Virus record (IMG/VR): IMGVR_UViG_3300017750_000095
Coordinates: 1 to 26,126 of that record
Source of the DNA: a virus
Lineage: Duplodnaviria > Caudoviricetes
Direction: 5' to 3' (one strand)
Length of the DNA: 26,126 bases
A program made the translations under genes and the position numbers. Below are positions 13,201 through 18,764 of this stretch, piece after piece. Within the stretch, counting starts at the first letter, position 1; each line of letters begins with the position of its first letter. Below the pieces are notes generated by a model. It was not told the origin of the DNA. It ran no database searches and saw only the letters and a list, made by a program, of their open reading frames with translations.

Positions 13201-14705
13201 GTATCAAATCCATCACTAGTACTGTTAGTATATTTTTCAGGTGTAATCATCTCATCAACTGGAACAAGTTGTATACCGCCTGGTTGCCCTACACCTTCAA
13301 CATAGTATTCTCTGTCTGCATATGTACTTGGTGTAACGTCACTGTTAAATTCTACTTTTAGCCCGTTTGTAAATGTTACACTGTTTGCACTTGTAAATGA
13401 TTGTCTATTGAGTATATCTTCTGTAACATTTATAGCGGCTGTGACATCCTGATCTACAAGTTGGATTTTACCAAACTGTAAAGGATTTGTAGCATCTTGA
13501 TAATATAATGTATTCAATCCTGCTGTATATGGCTCTATTAATTCTGGTACACCACTAGCGTTTTTATAGAATTCTCTATTGCCATATAAGTTACCCTGTT
13601 TAATTTTAACTTTTTCTGCAACGGGCCAATCAGTGCTACGAGTAAGTTGAACTGTAGCAACTCCACCTATAGTGTTTACTGCAATATCATACACATCATA
13701 GCGTACATCTACACTGAGCGTAGTTGTTTCGTCCCAAGGATGATCGTCATCATCATATCCGTATGCGTCAAATGGTGCACCCTGTTCCCAGTCACTTGCT
13801 ACTGTACTAGGACTTACAAATACTAGACTTTTTCCGTTAATTTCTGTTTGTACATCAATGCCGCCATGTGTGTCAATCAGTGTTTGATAAGGCACATTAT
13901 GAATTTGGTTGTATCCAAGATCAGTAGCAAAGTCAGGATTTGCAGCCTGCGTTGCATTTATCATAATATTTTGTGCGTTTGTTGCTGGAACATTAAAAGT
14001 AATTGTTCCATTATCTTCGCCATTGTTAGTAAGTCCAAGTATTTTTCTTGTGCTTACATTACTGCCATAATTACTAATTCCAGATATGCCTGGTTCCGTT
14101 TGTATCCAAAATGGATTGCCTGATTGTTGTACACTAAATGTGTAACTACCACCACGGGCAATTGTAATAGTTGGATTTTCGTTGTCACTGCCGTCAATAC
14201 TGTATTCATCTACACCAGCAACTGTACGTCTTGTTACAGCAAAATCTTTTTCCATATCAACAACACTATTGAAAACTTGCACACTGTCTGGGCCTGCTGG
14301 CAACCAAAAATATTCACCATAGTTTACAAGTTTGTCTAAATCATTGAAACCACTGTAGTTGTAATATTCTTGATCATTAAGATCAGCATGTGTGTCAACA
14401 TTTACATTGTTGTATCTTAATTGATTAATAAAATCAATATAACCTGTTAAATTTTCAATACCTTTATTTGCATTGCGATAAACTACAGCAGGCTCAAGTT
14501 GATAGTTTTGTCTATCATTGTCTATCTCTTGTACATAACTATCACCTACTTGAAAACTAGCGGCTTGCTGACGACCTATATAACTATTAATTTTTGTTAA
14601 ATTAGGTTCGCTAATTAACTGGTCAACAGTAGCATTAAGAAACTTATTGTTTTTATTGGTTTGAAATACGTCAGGTAATAAAACTTTACTTTTACGAAGT
14701 GCCAT
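1287..14705 (-). CDS. Giant (4472 aa) baseplate wedge/structural protein, gp7-like position, with FG-GAP beta-propeller and multiple repeat modules
   Basis: Uninterrupted 13.4-kb ORF directly after gp6, with its ATG overlapping the gp6 stop (TAATG). It contains YQGMVKQKGTGAAINKL and INEVKPYKT motifs reminiscent of gp7/P2 gpI-type wedge proteins, about 7 FG-GAP-like repeats, GDGxxxxF repeats and GxGYxxxPTITI repeats. Confidence 0.85.
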   Translation of the reverse strand: MALRKSKVLLPDVFQTNKNNKFLNATVDQLISEPNLTKINSYIGRQQAASFQVGDSYVQEIDNDRQNYQLEPAVVYRNANKGIENLTGYIDFINQLRYNNVNVDTHADLNDQEYYNYSGFNDLDKLVNYGEYFWLPAGPDSVQVFNSVVDMEKDFAVTRRTVAGVDEYSIDGSDNENPTITIARGGSYTFSVQQSGNPFWIQTEPGISGISNYGSNVSTRKILGLTNNGEDNGTITFNVPATNAQNIMINATQAANPDFATDLGYNQIHNVPYQTLIDTHGGIDVQTEINGKSLVFVSPSTVASDWEQGAPFDAYGYDDDDHPWDETTTLSVDVRYDVYDIAVNTIGGVATVQLTRSTDWPVAEKVKIKQGNLYGNREFYKNASGVPELIEPYTAGLNTLYYQDATNPLQFGKIQLVDQDVTAAINVTEDILNRQSFTSANSVTFTNGLKVEFNSDVTPSTYADREYYVEGVGQPGGIQLVPVDEMITPEKYTNSTSDGFDTVAYDAGGWDGTLNAPKDQDYITINRSSPDRNAWSRGNRWFHRQVIEATATYNNYTADLDDTARAKRPIIEFHSGLELFNMGTTSVAPVTIVDTTQTDALSNVNGTTGYFSDGIDLQQDSTVIFSADTDSDVATKIYRVDIIIADESAATTDSLQIFADSTIVGADGGNVSGKQEIINLVEVGTVVDTNCVLSTLGATNQGKQFYLDGTTWTEAQQKTTLNQDPLFDIFDPDHVSFSNTTTYPSSNFTGNKLFSYKRNNNNSPDAILNFGLSYQNFSTIGDIVFDNNFDSDLFQYTKSTGNTNVIVRSGHAHQFDIDGNRVLYNGWTKTIENSTQYQIVTYEVSANELNSFEIGASVDTSRIREPLQVSVNGQFIYKTDYTHLIQLDREYVVFTTALNENDVVVIKFISTTKAANSFYEVPDNLQNNAGNATFETLTLGQMRNHAVEVSRQIKTLTGVAPGNSNLRNNNYRAYPGNILQHSAGMILPMHLLSNTEANTIDSINFVKNEYTKFKNRFYDNINKLDLDLTDPAKCVDDILLFMAGTKTSTFPFYYSDMAPWGNQKSQLVYTIDDASETEFEFTTQFDLTSVDSTGVLIYHTPASTNVANLLVEGQDYSFDTTEAKIILSSTNLDVATIGLSVNDKITIVEYTNTHGSFIPPTPTAMGLYPKFIPNKYTDDTYTVSKTVIQGHDGSVWIGWDDIRDNVVLELEKRIFNNIKTQYNKDLFDIAEVIPGYFRSTLIDFAEANNIIRSYFGEWALRNKVRMQKNDTVEAGNPFTWNYRNSVYKLDGSRIPGHWRAIYNWFFDTDTPHTKPWQMLGIKEKPIWWDSRYGVAPYTSGNTVLWEDLRDGKVYSDAIGTTFTTDTRRQRPDLMSIIPVNEQGQLRSPAEFLVQDAFSTNVSDDWAFSDGSPGETAWTRSSEYPFVVQILAATLKAAKYGTLMFDTNLFENNAQYDQILQKFKSYRPGIADFNLHSQTSGTTIKQVEGYNQFISEFLRYNGFSVDDAVNKINNLELNLCYGMAGFTDKQYLKVVAESVTPSSLSENIFIPDEDLNIYTKKSLPLERVVYSGVQIIQREDGYEIQGYDIKNPFFKIIPSSEGTDPARVSVGETVYLEYKDFENRIVNIPYGTVITNRQQVFDFLVSYQRYLLSRGFVFDGTTGVGAKNDFISAGKEFAFWTDQKWPIGSVIVISPYSDTLTVNRAYATIDDVRTNGEIKDANGSIINPKFYDVSRIDNVIEIKVDAENTQLYSVQLDPIQHEHVLVFNNTTIFNDVIYQPQLGNRHSRLKLIGARSGDWNGTLHAPGFFINEDKINVWATYTDYKKGDIVSFQGTTYVAKYAVDGSTVFDYNNWTVADNIKTGLVKNLSNKATQFKDFFETDNLNLEDGVDKLGKGIIGFNQKDYLAGLGLDDVSQVKFYQGMVKQKGTGAAINKLIDAKLTNLDQTIDYFEEWAFRVGEYGSIDSNQIIETIIPEQQATNNPFVLHYHADGDLPSSTELGHYHVQEKDLYKKPNNYNGDVFSTRDSNTNTLSDLDSAGYARLDDVDFTVFNTTELLGLSNRIEELGKGKKIWIATDDSNTWSIRRIDETLSTVTSVESTGNGYLIYTTDVNHGLVEDDYVIIRAAQPIGKVAKIYEVSAPNKFTIVDAETEAEIKDINIPMYKLSNVRFAQPSSLSTYTPVSGWNNKELVWIDKDNNGKWQVLQNTRPWTTTGVKTAASINADDKYGTSVALNRGATVAIVGAPDNGYGLVTPYVRSEGGVLVEGNPFAVATIGNTVDSFGHSVAAGVDYVAVGAPDSESGKGAVFIYYVDSSGQFNRRPAIRPAGVGSSDKFGTSLAMSGNGRYLFVGAPGGNDIYCYTQVTIPVSSQEVKTVTGDGSEKTFALGFTPINILALNVTDENGNVYLPTKDFSISSQNIVFVSAPANNLDVVVRQEDYYALSDMLEPFDASSGDNYGFAIDCDYQGRTVIIGAPNASVASADSTVFGDAGEVSIQSQVVQQFAGDGTTKAFTTTEDLQTQIFVEVDGILQTETNNPDVPIDNDGSSDGFYTRSGKVITFKYTPASGARIVVYTGTFIEKQKIDQNITGQTVTEGEQFGYSVAIDNDATMVAIGSPGEDETNPNTGSVFIFQDTGKNYGTVTTNVPHAQTAGDTFYLNNKLITVSSSADNPANLSDDILNAAVPGVTSSVNSLGQVVITTTSTETNNKLTLNPGSGQMFLRDDVFEIYKFTQKINHPQAFENENFGRTIAFDKNVEIGIGSNPGTRNLVIASDKASTMLAVGFDVEQNSNSEDYLEATTTFDSNGTTFTDRRTQSGAGYLYELLESNAPTLANPSLMVFGQALKSTNVATLDQFGASAAYSDNRIFIGAPQDTGTFDNSGSVYEFNNNTRDSSWASLRSEGDRVDVTQINRVALYNKKDGQIKVFLDYLDSTKGKIPGVAQSELSFVSHNDPALYDNNKWNYKQNNTLWWDTSTVHYLLSEQGELDFRTNYWNVAFPGSSIDVYEWIESAVPPEQYTGEGTVKDVTKFSTAVIYNSSQNNTQTYYYFWVSGRTDIPVEAEFRTISADSVTKLIEDPKAQGVPYIAIVDKNAIALYNCKQYFADSDVVLSVNYDVVKNEGVLHSEYELFGRGNVDQDIPTRMYTKLVDSLAGSDSVGNLVPDPFLSDVEKYGVLTQPRQGMFVNRAAALKVLTQYCNGILVNAPFARNSSVSRLLSSENIPTVNSGEYDISVDSIAERDYLNTAILTTGYKVLVLEDETLSDYWAIYTLQADKSYQLTNVQGYNTADYWDYATYYSTGYDGTTVPKYQVTLEADLLTLTDAVTGDVAKVTSNDEGNFSMFAKTDTGWDEVVIERGTLQFNDSLYSFTTANSNFQATGFDNDGFDFAAFDKVPADEIRQIIDALKNDLFIGDYEINMNELFFRLMEYAINENNFSQDWLFKSSFITVAHKIRSLDQYNTFKFDNTTFIEDFINEVKPYKTKIREYVSKYDKVDTYGSDTTDFDIHSFYDENNLYFHKASGDFAGDEILQTQGLNKPWSENYGYSLDSIEIVTAGTGYITDPTITISAPDLTGGVQATAVAITNSVEIVNVNMTNKGSGYTKEPTITIAGSGTGLLLSPRLVNTTIRSFDTTIKFDRITYSSAIKDWTKNTAYAVDDIIAYQNTTTKTQEVYTCTTAFTSGATFSIENTSGVTVLEIKADADFTNAADRIAAYYYPTSGMIGDDIELLQNGIGYGGTKVTGPGFDQNPGFDSANFDVLGFDDIQIDDDGIAVISGLDTVFRGTDFDQAGIIGDVFVEPGYLPPGYLVELALGVAPESITVDGAGFVDTYNSHAPEELIPGRIFDTLDMEVYTHSSNDYEGDGNGAEIQYTSYTDPTGTLQTFSYGDPNKSEDDFVSLIVYINEIRQYTFASDFRANTIRLTSPLASTDILHIYAFSQTGENMIGNYTYIGDGSTVGFVLPNIPDRTLQTLIYVDGAETSATFSTQDNRSLMTLSSPPDNDAHIHVFVFNQADTRTAPTKFVTQTLETTGTTTLFGLTMIVDDYVEDGYVFAGARTEFAPPMSANSVLVVDDLRVRPENSVYHTADGSSLQFATPQTCGEGNIAFVGAISVAILRKDGTPALSAVRDIDYTVSTGTQFVTMITAPNEGDIVVVTDNTSADFTIGLDGETLSMSADVPQTASSDIKLQAFSNHDPLRIQTKVYVGQGTGSATTEDAFDEVNFDTAGFDRQVTTGTVGTYAIDRSATNVNHFWITVDGRRLHPGDYTVLGKNVTMSEAVQDTIGGTSIVVITHFTENVIQYPVGFRIFQDMNGNVEYLRLAKDNTTVVTETVNITDTKIYVEDASVLPFVNVNGSHPGVVFIGGERITYWEVSLEDNYITNLRRGTSGTGMLQRITPGFIVVDGSKDQTLPDSTTHTKTWYDTGIHNTAANGLGIQQATTINANFLKASQAQVPNYRLELNEKNYFALDYVDPDYAEDLI
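6058..8040 (-). repeat. About seven FG-GAP (integrin-alpha-like) repeats within the giant protein
   Basis: YGTSVAL..IVGAP, FGHSVAA..AVGAP, FGTSLAM..FVGAP, YGFAIDC..IIGAP, FGYSVAI..AIGSP, FGRTIAF..VIAS (degenerate) and FGASAAY..FIGAP. Several are followed by GxVxxY/F. Confidence 0.8.
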
Positions 14706-17700
14706 TAGTAACCATATCCCCCGCCGCCGCTACTAGAACTGCTACTACTTGAACTACTGCTACTAGAACTACTGCTACTAGAACTGCTACTACTTGAACT
14801 ACTACTACTGCTACTGTAAGTTGTAGTGGAACTAGTTGATACATTTGTAGATGTTGCTACTGCAGTGCTTGTACTGCCTGCACTTGCACTTTCACTTGCT
14901 AGACTAGTTGTTGTTGTGTTAACAACGCTACCATTTGCTTGCAAACTGTTTGCAGTAATAACATCAATAACTTCAATGTCATTCACTGTTGCTGCACTTA
15001 TCAATATTTCATCACGCTGACTTTGTATCTGGAACAAACTACCAAAATTGCTTGTTGCTAGTTTTGGAACAATAACAACACTTAAAACATCAGGTGATAA
15101 TGAGTTGTATAAGTATGCTGCTAGTTCACTAAAGAAGAAACTGTCTCCAAAGTCCCAGTTTTGAACACTAAAGTAAGCATTGATCGCTGCAACTACACGT
15201 TCTTTAACTTCACTGTCACTGATGAGAGTGCTTGTATTTTTGACTACTTTGAATGTTGCTTGCAATTCTTCATCCGCCTTATCACCGAATAGAGGTCTAT
15301 AACTGACACTGTTGAAAATAATAGTATCACTTACACTCTTGTATTGTTCAAGTGATCCAAACTGATCACGCAATTCATTTGTTGTTGGCTTAACAGGTTT
15401 GTTAATAGTACCTGTAATGTCTGTAACATAGTTTCTATAATCTGTATCATACTGTCTTGTAAGTAAGAATAGATCTATAATGTTACTAGGACTAGGATCA
15501 ATACGTCTATTGTTTGGCGAATTGTGTGTATACTGGAATAACAAGTCACTGCGTCCTGTACGCTTAACATAGTCAGTAGTTTCTGCAATACTTTTAACAT
15601 TACTACCACTGATGCTTAGTATGTAAAACTTGTCATCTGTGCTTGCATAAAATACTTGTCCACTACTGAACTGTGCAATTACTTCGTTAATTGCTGCTTG
15701 TGTAACATACCGCTGTTCAATGTCTGTAATTGTAACTGGAGTGTAGGTTAAGTAGCCGCCTGTGCTTGTGCTAGTCTGATAAAACACTATTTTAGTTGTA
15801 GAGTTTGTGTCAGGTGCAACAATTATATCAAAAACCTCAGGGTTATCAACAACACCATCGCTGTCAATATCAGGGAATGTAACCTTTATTCTGTTTGTAA
15901 GTGTAAAACCATCTGTCTCTGTTATAACATCATCAATCTGCATTGCGTAATCAACAGCAAGACTATTAACACTGTCTGGCAATGAATTTACTTTAAGGAT
16001 GTTAATTTTATCCTTAATTGTTTTACCTGTGCGTGGATCAAATATCTTAAGGTTATTATCAAAGTAAAAACGTGTTTCTAGTTTACTTTCAAATATATAA
16101 CTGGTATCACGGAAGTTGACTGTGTATGTACTGCCATCATTTGTAAACTTGAAAAACCAACTGTTGTCCAAGTTTGTGTTTGTAGTATTACCTGCATATG
16201 CTAAACTAAATGTAGTTGATTGATCTAGATCAAGGGCATTAATAATTGCCCATGCTTGTGTATCTCTGTCATAGCGCAATCCAAAAGTTTTAAAGTCACC
16301 AATATAGTTAATTACATTGTTTCTAATCTCAGCGGTAAGGGCAGTGTTCCATGGAGCAATAACTTGATTAATAATTGCATCCTGAGGAATAATTTCACTA
16401 AGTGTAACAGGCCCTATACCTGTATCTAAATTACCTACACCTTGGTTAGTACCATCAGTTTCAATTGCACTTATACTTGCCCAGATGTAATCGCGTGTAT
16501 TAATTGTGCCGCTAGTGCCAGTAATTAGATTGTTATTAATATCAAAAACTTGTCCACTTGGTGCAGTAAATTTAAGCAGTGCGCCAACTTTGGCATATTT
16601 CAAATTACTTGTTGCAAACTCTCCTATTTTGAGTGGGCTTGCAACATCATTTTTAAAGTAACCTGTACAGGTTCCGCTACTACTTGTTGTCAAATTCCAA
16701 CTTGCAGTGAGACTTGTAGTATCAATACCACCATAATTTTTCAAGTAGTAATGTAGACTATCATTATCAATAATGTTTTTTTCTACTTGCTGTGCCACAA
16801 TATTACTAATATCACTGTCTGTTACAAAAGTAAACTGAAACTGTTGCAGATCCTCTGTGCGATAAATTATTCCATCTTCCGCTACAATGTTTGTGCTACT
16901 GTATTTGCCTGTGGTATCACGCACATCCAAGTACCGACTAATACCACTGGCAGTGCGGTTAATTGCTTTGCTCTTCAGAATGTTACTAAACTTTGTATAA
17001 GGAAGAATTTGATAGTCTTCACCAGTAATCATACGATCTTGTGTGTAGTATTGTTGCTGTGCTTTTAGTTTAATGTCCCGCAGATTTTCTCTGCCGGTTG
17101 CATTTGCAACTGTGCTTTGTAAACTCAGATTGACTGTCAAATTTTCAATTTGATTACTTTGACTAATATAAGGAATAACAATTTGCAGGTTTTGCATATC
17201 ATTAGGACTAATCTTATATGTTGTGCCTACTCCTGTCCTAAAATAAACACGAAAGTTTCCTGTTGGAATATTTGAGAAAACATCATCACCAAATACTAGA
17301 CTAATTTGATCGTCTGCACGACTGCGCACTGTAAACAAATTTTTGTTGTTTACACTTAAACTATTATAGATAACGTTGTTGCCACTTATAGCAGGTACTT
17401 TGTCCCAGCGTGTAGTTTCTCTGCCAGCATCATCAAGTTGATAAAGCCAAACATCGTTGTTGTCGATATTGTTAATGTCAAGTTCTACTGTGCGATTAGG
17501 TAGTTTTTCAGCAATGCTAAAGTCTGCACTTTGCAAGTTACCTTGTTTAAAGTAAAAGAAGAATCCGTTGTTAGCACTGTTAAATCCTCTGTTATCATTT
17601 CGATATAGGATATTAGTTGTACTACCGGGTTGAGGTGCTACTTCATACAAGAAATCTGTGCCACTGTATGTACCTTTGACTATTTCAAATTCTAAATTTT

Positions 17701-18322
17701 GTGCGCCTACATCACTGCTAAAATCATAGATAGGCACTGTGCCTGCACTTAATCTTATTTGATATTCCTCAATAGCAATTCCACCAACTGTGGTTCTAAG
17801 TGCAGGATTTCCATACTGTTGTGTGCTGACCATGCTTGCATTAAGGATAGTAGTAAACTGTTCTAGAAAATCACTGTTACTTGGATCGCCCCAACTAATT
17901 TCAGTGTCTCTAAGGTTGTTTCCGTTGCTGTCTGTAATTGCTTGTGTTGTTTCAACACTGTCTACTTTAAGTAAACCTCGGGCAATTTGTTGACGCTTTG
18001 GATAATAGTTTAGCATGCGAGCCAGGCGTAGTATGCTGTCTCTGCGTTCTGCTGTTTCTAGGAAATTTTCACGGGCGTTTAAATCTGCGCGGAAACTAAG
18101 GCTTTGCCCTAGGAACGCAATCATGTCGATTAATGCAATATATTCACTGCTCTCAATAAAGTCGTTAAAATCTTCTGGGTAATAGTTACGCAAATAATCG
18201 ACCATACTTTTGCGTATGGTCTCATAATCGTAACTTTGAAAATCTGCTTCACGGAAGGTCTCGTAAACTTTCTTCCAGTCTTCCGCAGCAAATAAGTTTG
18301 ATTGTCTTGTACTAGCAGCCAT
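14705..18322 (-). CDS. gp6: Baseplate wedge subunit, T4 gp6-like (1205 aa)
   Basis: The N-terminus DFQSYDYETIRKSMVDYLR..DFNDFIESS..RADLNARENFLETAERRDSILRLARMLNYYP and the internal RENLRDIK..YTQDRMITGEDY match the gp6/baseplate-J family pattern. The gene lies immediately downstream of gp25. Confidence 0.9.
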   Translation of the reverse strand: MAASTRQSNLFAAEDWKKVYETFREADFQSYDYETIRKSMVDYLRNYYPEDFNDFIESSEYIALIDMIAFLGQSLSFRADLNARENFLETAERRDSILRLARMLNYYPKRQQIARGLLKVDSVETTQAITDSNGNNLRDTEISWGDPSNSDFLEQFTTILNASMVSTQQYGNPALRTTVGGIAIEEYQIRLSAGTVPIYDFSSDVGAQNLEFEIVKGTYSGTDFLYEVAPQPGSTTNILYRNDNRGFNSANNGFFFYFKQGNLQSADFSIAEKLPNRTVELDINNIDNNDVWLYQLDDAGRETTRWDKVPAISGNNVIYNSLSVNNKNLFTVRSRADDQISLVFGDDVFSNIPTGNFRVYFRTGVGTTYKISPNDMQNLQIVIPYISQSNQIENLTVNLSLQSTVANATGRENLRDIKLKAQQQYYTQDRMITGEDYQILPYTKFSNILKSKAINRTASGISRYLDVRDTTGKYSSTNIVAEDGIIYRTEDLQQFQFTFVTDSDISNIVAQQVEKNIIDNDSLHYYLKNYGGIDTTSLTASWNLTTSSSGTCTGYFKNDVASPLKIGEFATSNLKYAKVGALLKFTAPSGQVFDINNNLITGTSGTINTRDYIWASISAIETDGTNQGVGNLDTGIGPVTLSEIIPQDAIINQVIAPWNTALTAEIRNNVINYIGDFKTFGLRYDRDTQAWAIINALDLDQSTTFSLAYAGNTTNTNLDNSWFFKFTNDGSTYTVNFRDTSYIFESKLETRFYFDNNLKIFDPRTGKTIKDKINILKVNSLPDSVNSLAVDYAMQIDDVITETDGFTLTNRIKVTFPDIDSDGVVDNPEVFDIIVAPDTNSTTKIVFYQTSTSTGGYLTYTPVTITDIEQRYVTQAAINEVIAQFSSGQVFYASTDDKFYILSISGSNVKSIAETTDYVKRTGRSDLLFQYTHNSPNNRRIDPSPSNIIDLFLLTRQYDTDYRNYVTDITGTINKPVKPTTNELRDQFGSLEQYKSVSDTIIFNSVSYRPLFGDKADEELQATFKVVKNTSTLISDSEVKERVVAAINAYFSVQNWDFGDSFFFSELAAYLYNSLSPDVLSVVIVPKLATSNFGSLFQIQSQRDEILISAATVNDIEVIDVITANSLQANGSVVNTTTTSLASESASAGSTSTAVATSTNVSTSSTTTYSSSSSSSSSSSSSSSSSSSSSSSSSSSSSGGGGYGY
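14729..14815 (-). repeat. Degenerate 15-bp tandem repeat encoding 29 consecutive serines at the gp6 C-terminus
   Basis: Plus-strand units are gctactagaactgct / actacttgaactact / gctactagaactact / gctactagaactgct / actacttgaactact. A 30-bp block at 14729-14758 is identical to 14774-14803. The run is followed by GGGGYGY-stop. Confidence 0.95.
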
Positions 18323-18348
18323 GTTTTAACATTCCTATTCTATTGCAG

Positions 18349-18356
18349 TATTTATT
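18349..18356 (-). promoter_or_regulatory. Putative late promoter (AATAAATA) for gp6 and the giant protein
   Basis: 7/8 match to TATAAATA in the 54-bp gp25-gp6 gap, about 26 nt upstream of the gp6 ATG, with an AGGA SD between them. Confidence 0.7.
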
Positions 18357-18376
18357 TGCAGAATAAAGTATGTATA

Positions 18377-18754
18377 TTATTGTGTGCTTGTATCTGGTCT
18401 ATCAAATTTAACCATTAGATTTTCTACTTCATTACTGACAACATATCGTAAACTCATTTCGATTTGTAGTCCGTTTTGGTATTCATCTAACGTAATGCCT
18501 TCGCTGCGTACTCGAGGATCATTTTCAATCACTGCATTTACTTCTTGGATTACAATTGCTTTGGTTTGTTCTGTAAGAGGATCCATAATTAAATCACGCA
18601 AACTAGTACCAAAGTTTCCATTCATTAATTTTTCACCTTTGCGGATTGCAAAGTGGTTCAGTAAATCTCGCTTAATAAGATCAGTGTCAGTTACCTTTGA
18701 ACCACCAAAGTTATTATTAATAGTACTAAATCCTTTGTATACTGCTATAGCCAT
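18377..18754 (-). CDS. gp25: Baseplate wedge subunit / sheath initiator, gp25-like (125 aa)
   Basis: YKGFST..DLIKRDLLNHFAIRKGEKLMNGNFGTSLRDLIMDP..DPRV is the GPW/gp25 signature. I moved the start from 18790 to the ATG at 18754 (MAIAVYKG), which avoids overlap with gp5 and has AAGGA upstream. Confidence 0.92.
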   Translation of the reverse strand: MAIAVYKGFSTINNNFGGSKVTDTDLIKRDLLNHFAIRKGEKLMNGNFGTSLRDLIMDPLTEQTKAIVIQEVNAVIENDPRVRSEGITLDEYQNGLQIEMSLRYVVSNEVENLMVKFDRPDTSTQ

Positions 18755-18758
18755 AATG

Positions 18759-18764
18759 TATTTA
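18759..18764 (-). promoter_or_regulatory. Possible late promoter core TAAATA overlapping the gp5 stop codon
   Basis: The minus strand reads ...GGAAAG-TAAATA-CATT-ATG, and the TAA is the gp5 stop. It is only a 6/8 match to the consensus. Confidence 0.45.

Noticed and set aside
14729-14815. Tandem repeat considered as a CRISPR array or non-coding satellite
   Set aside because: It has no spacers, and it lies in frame within gp6, encoding poly-Ser.
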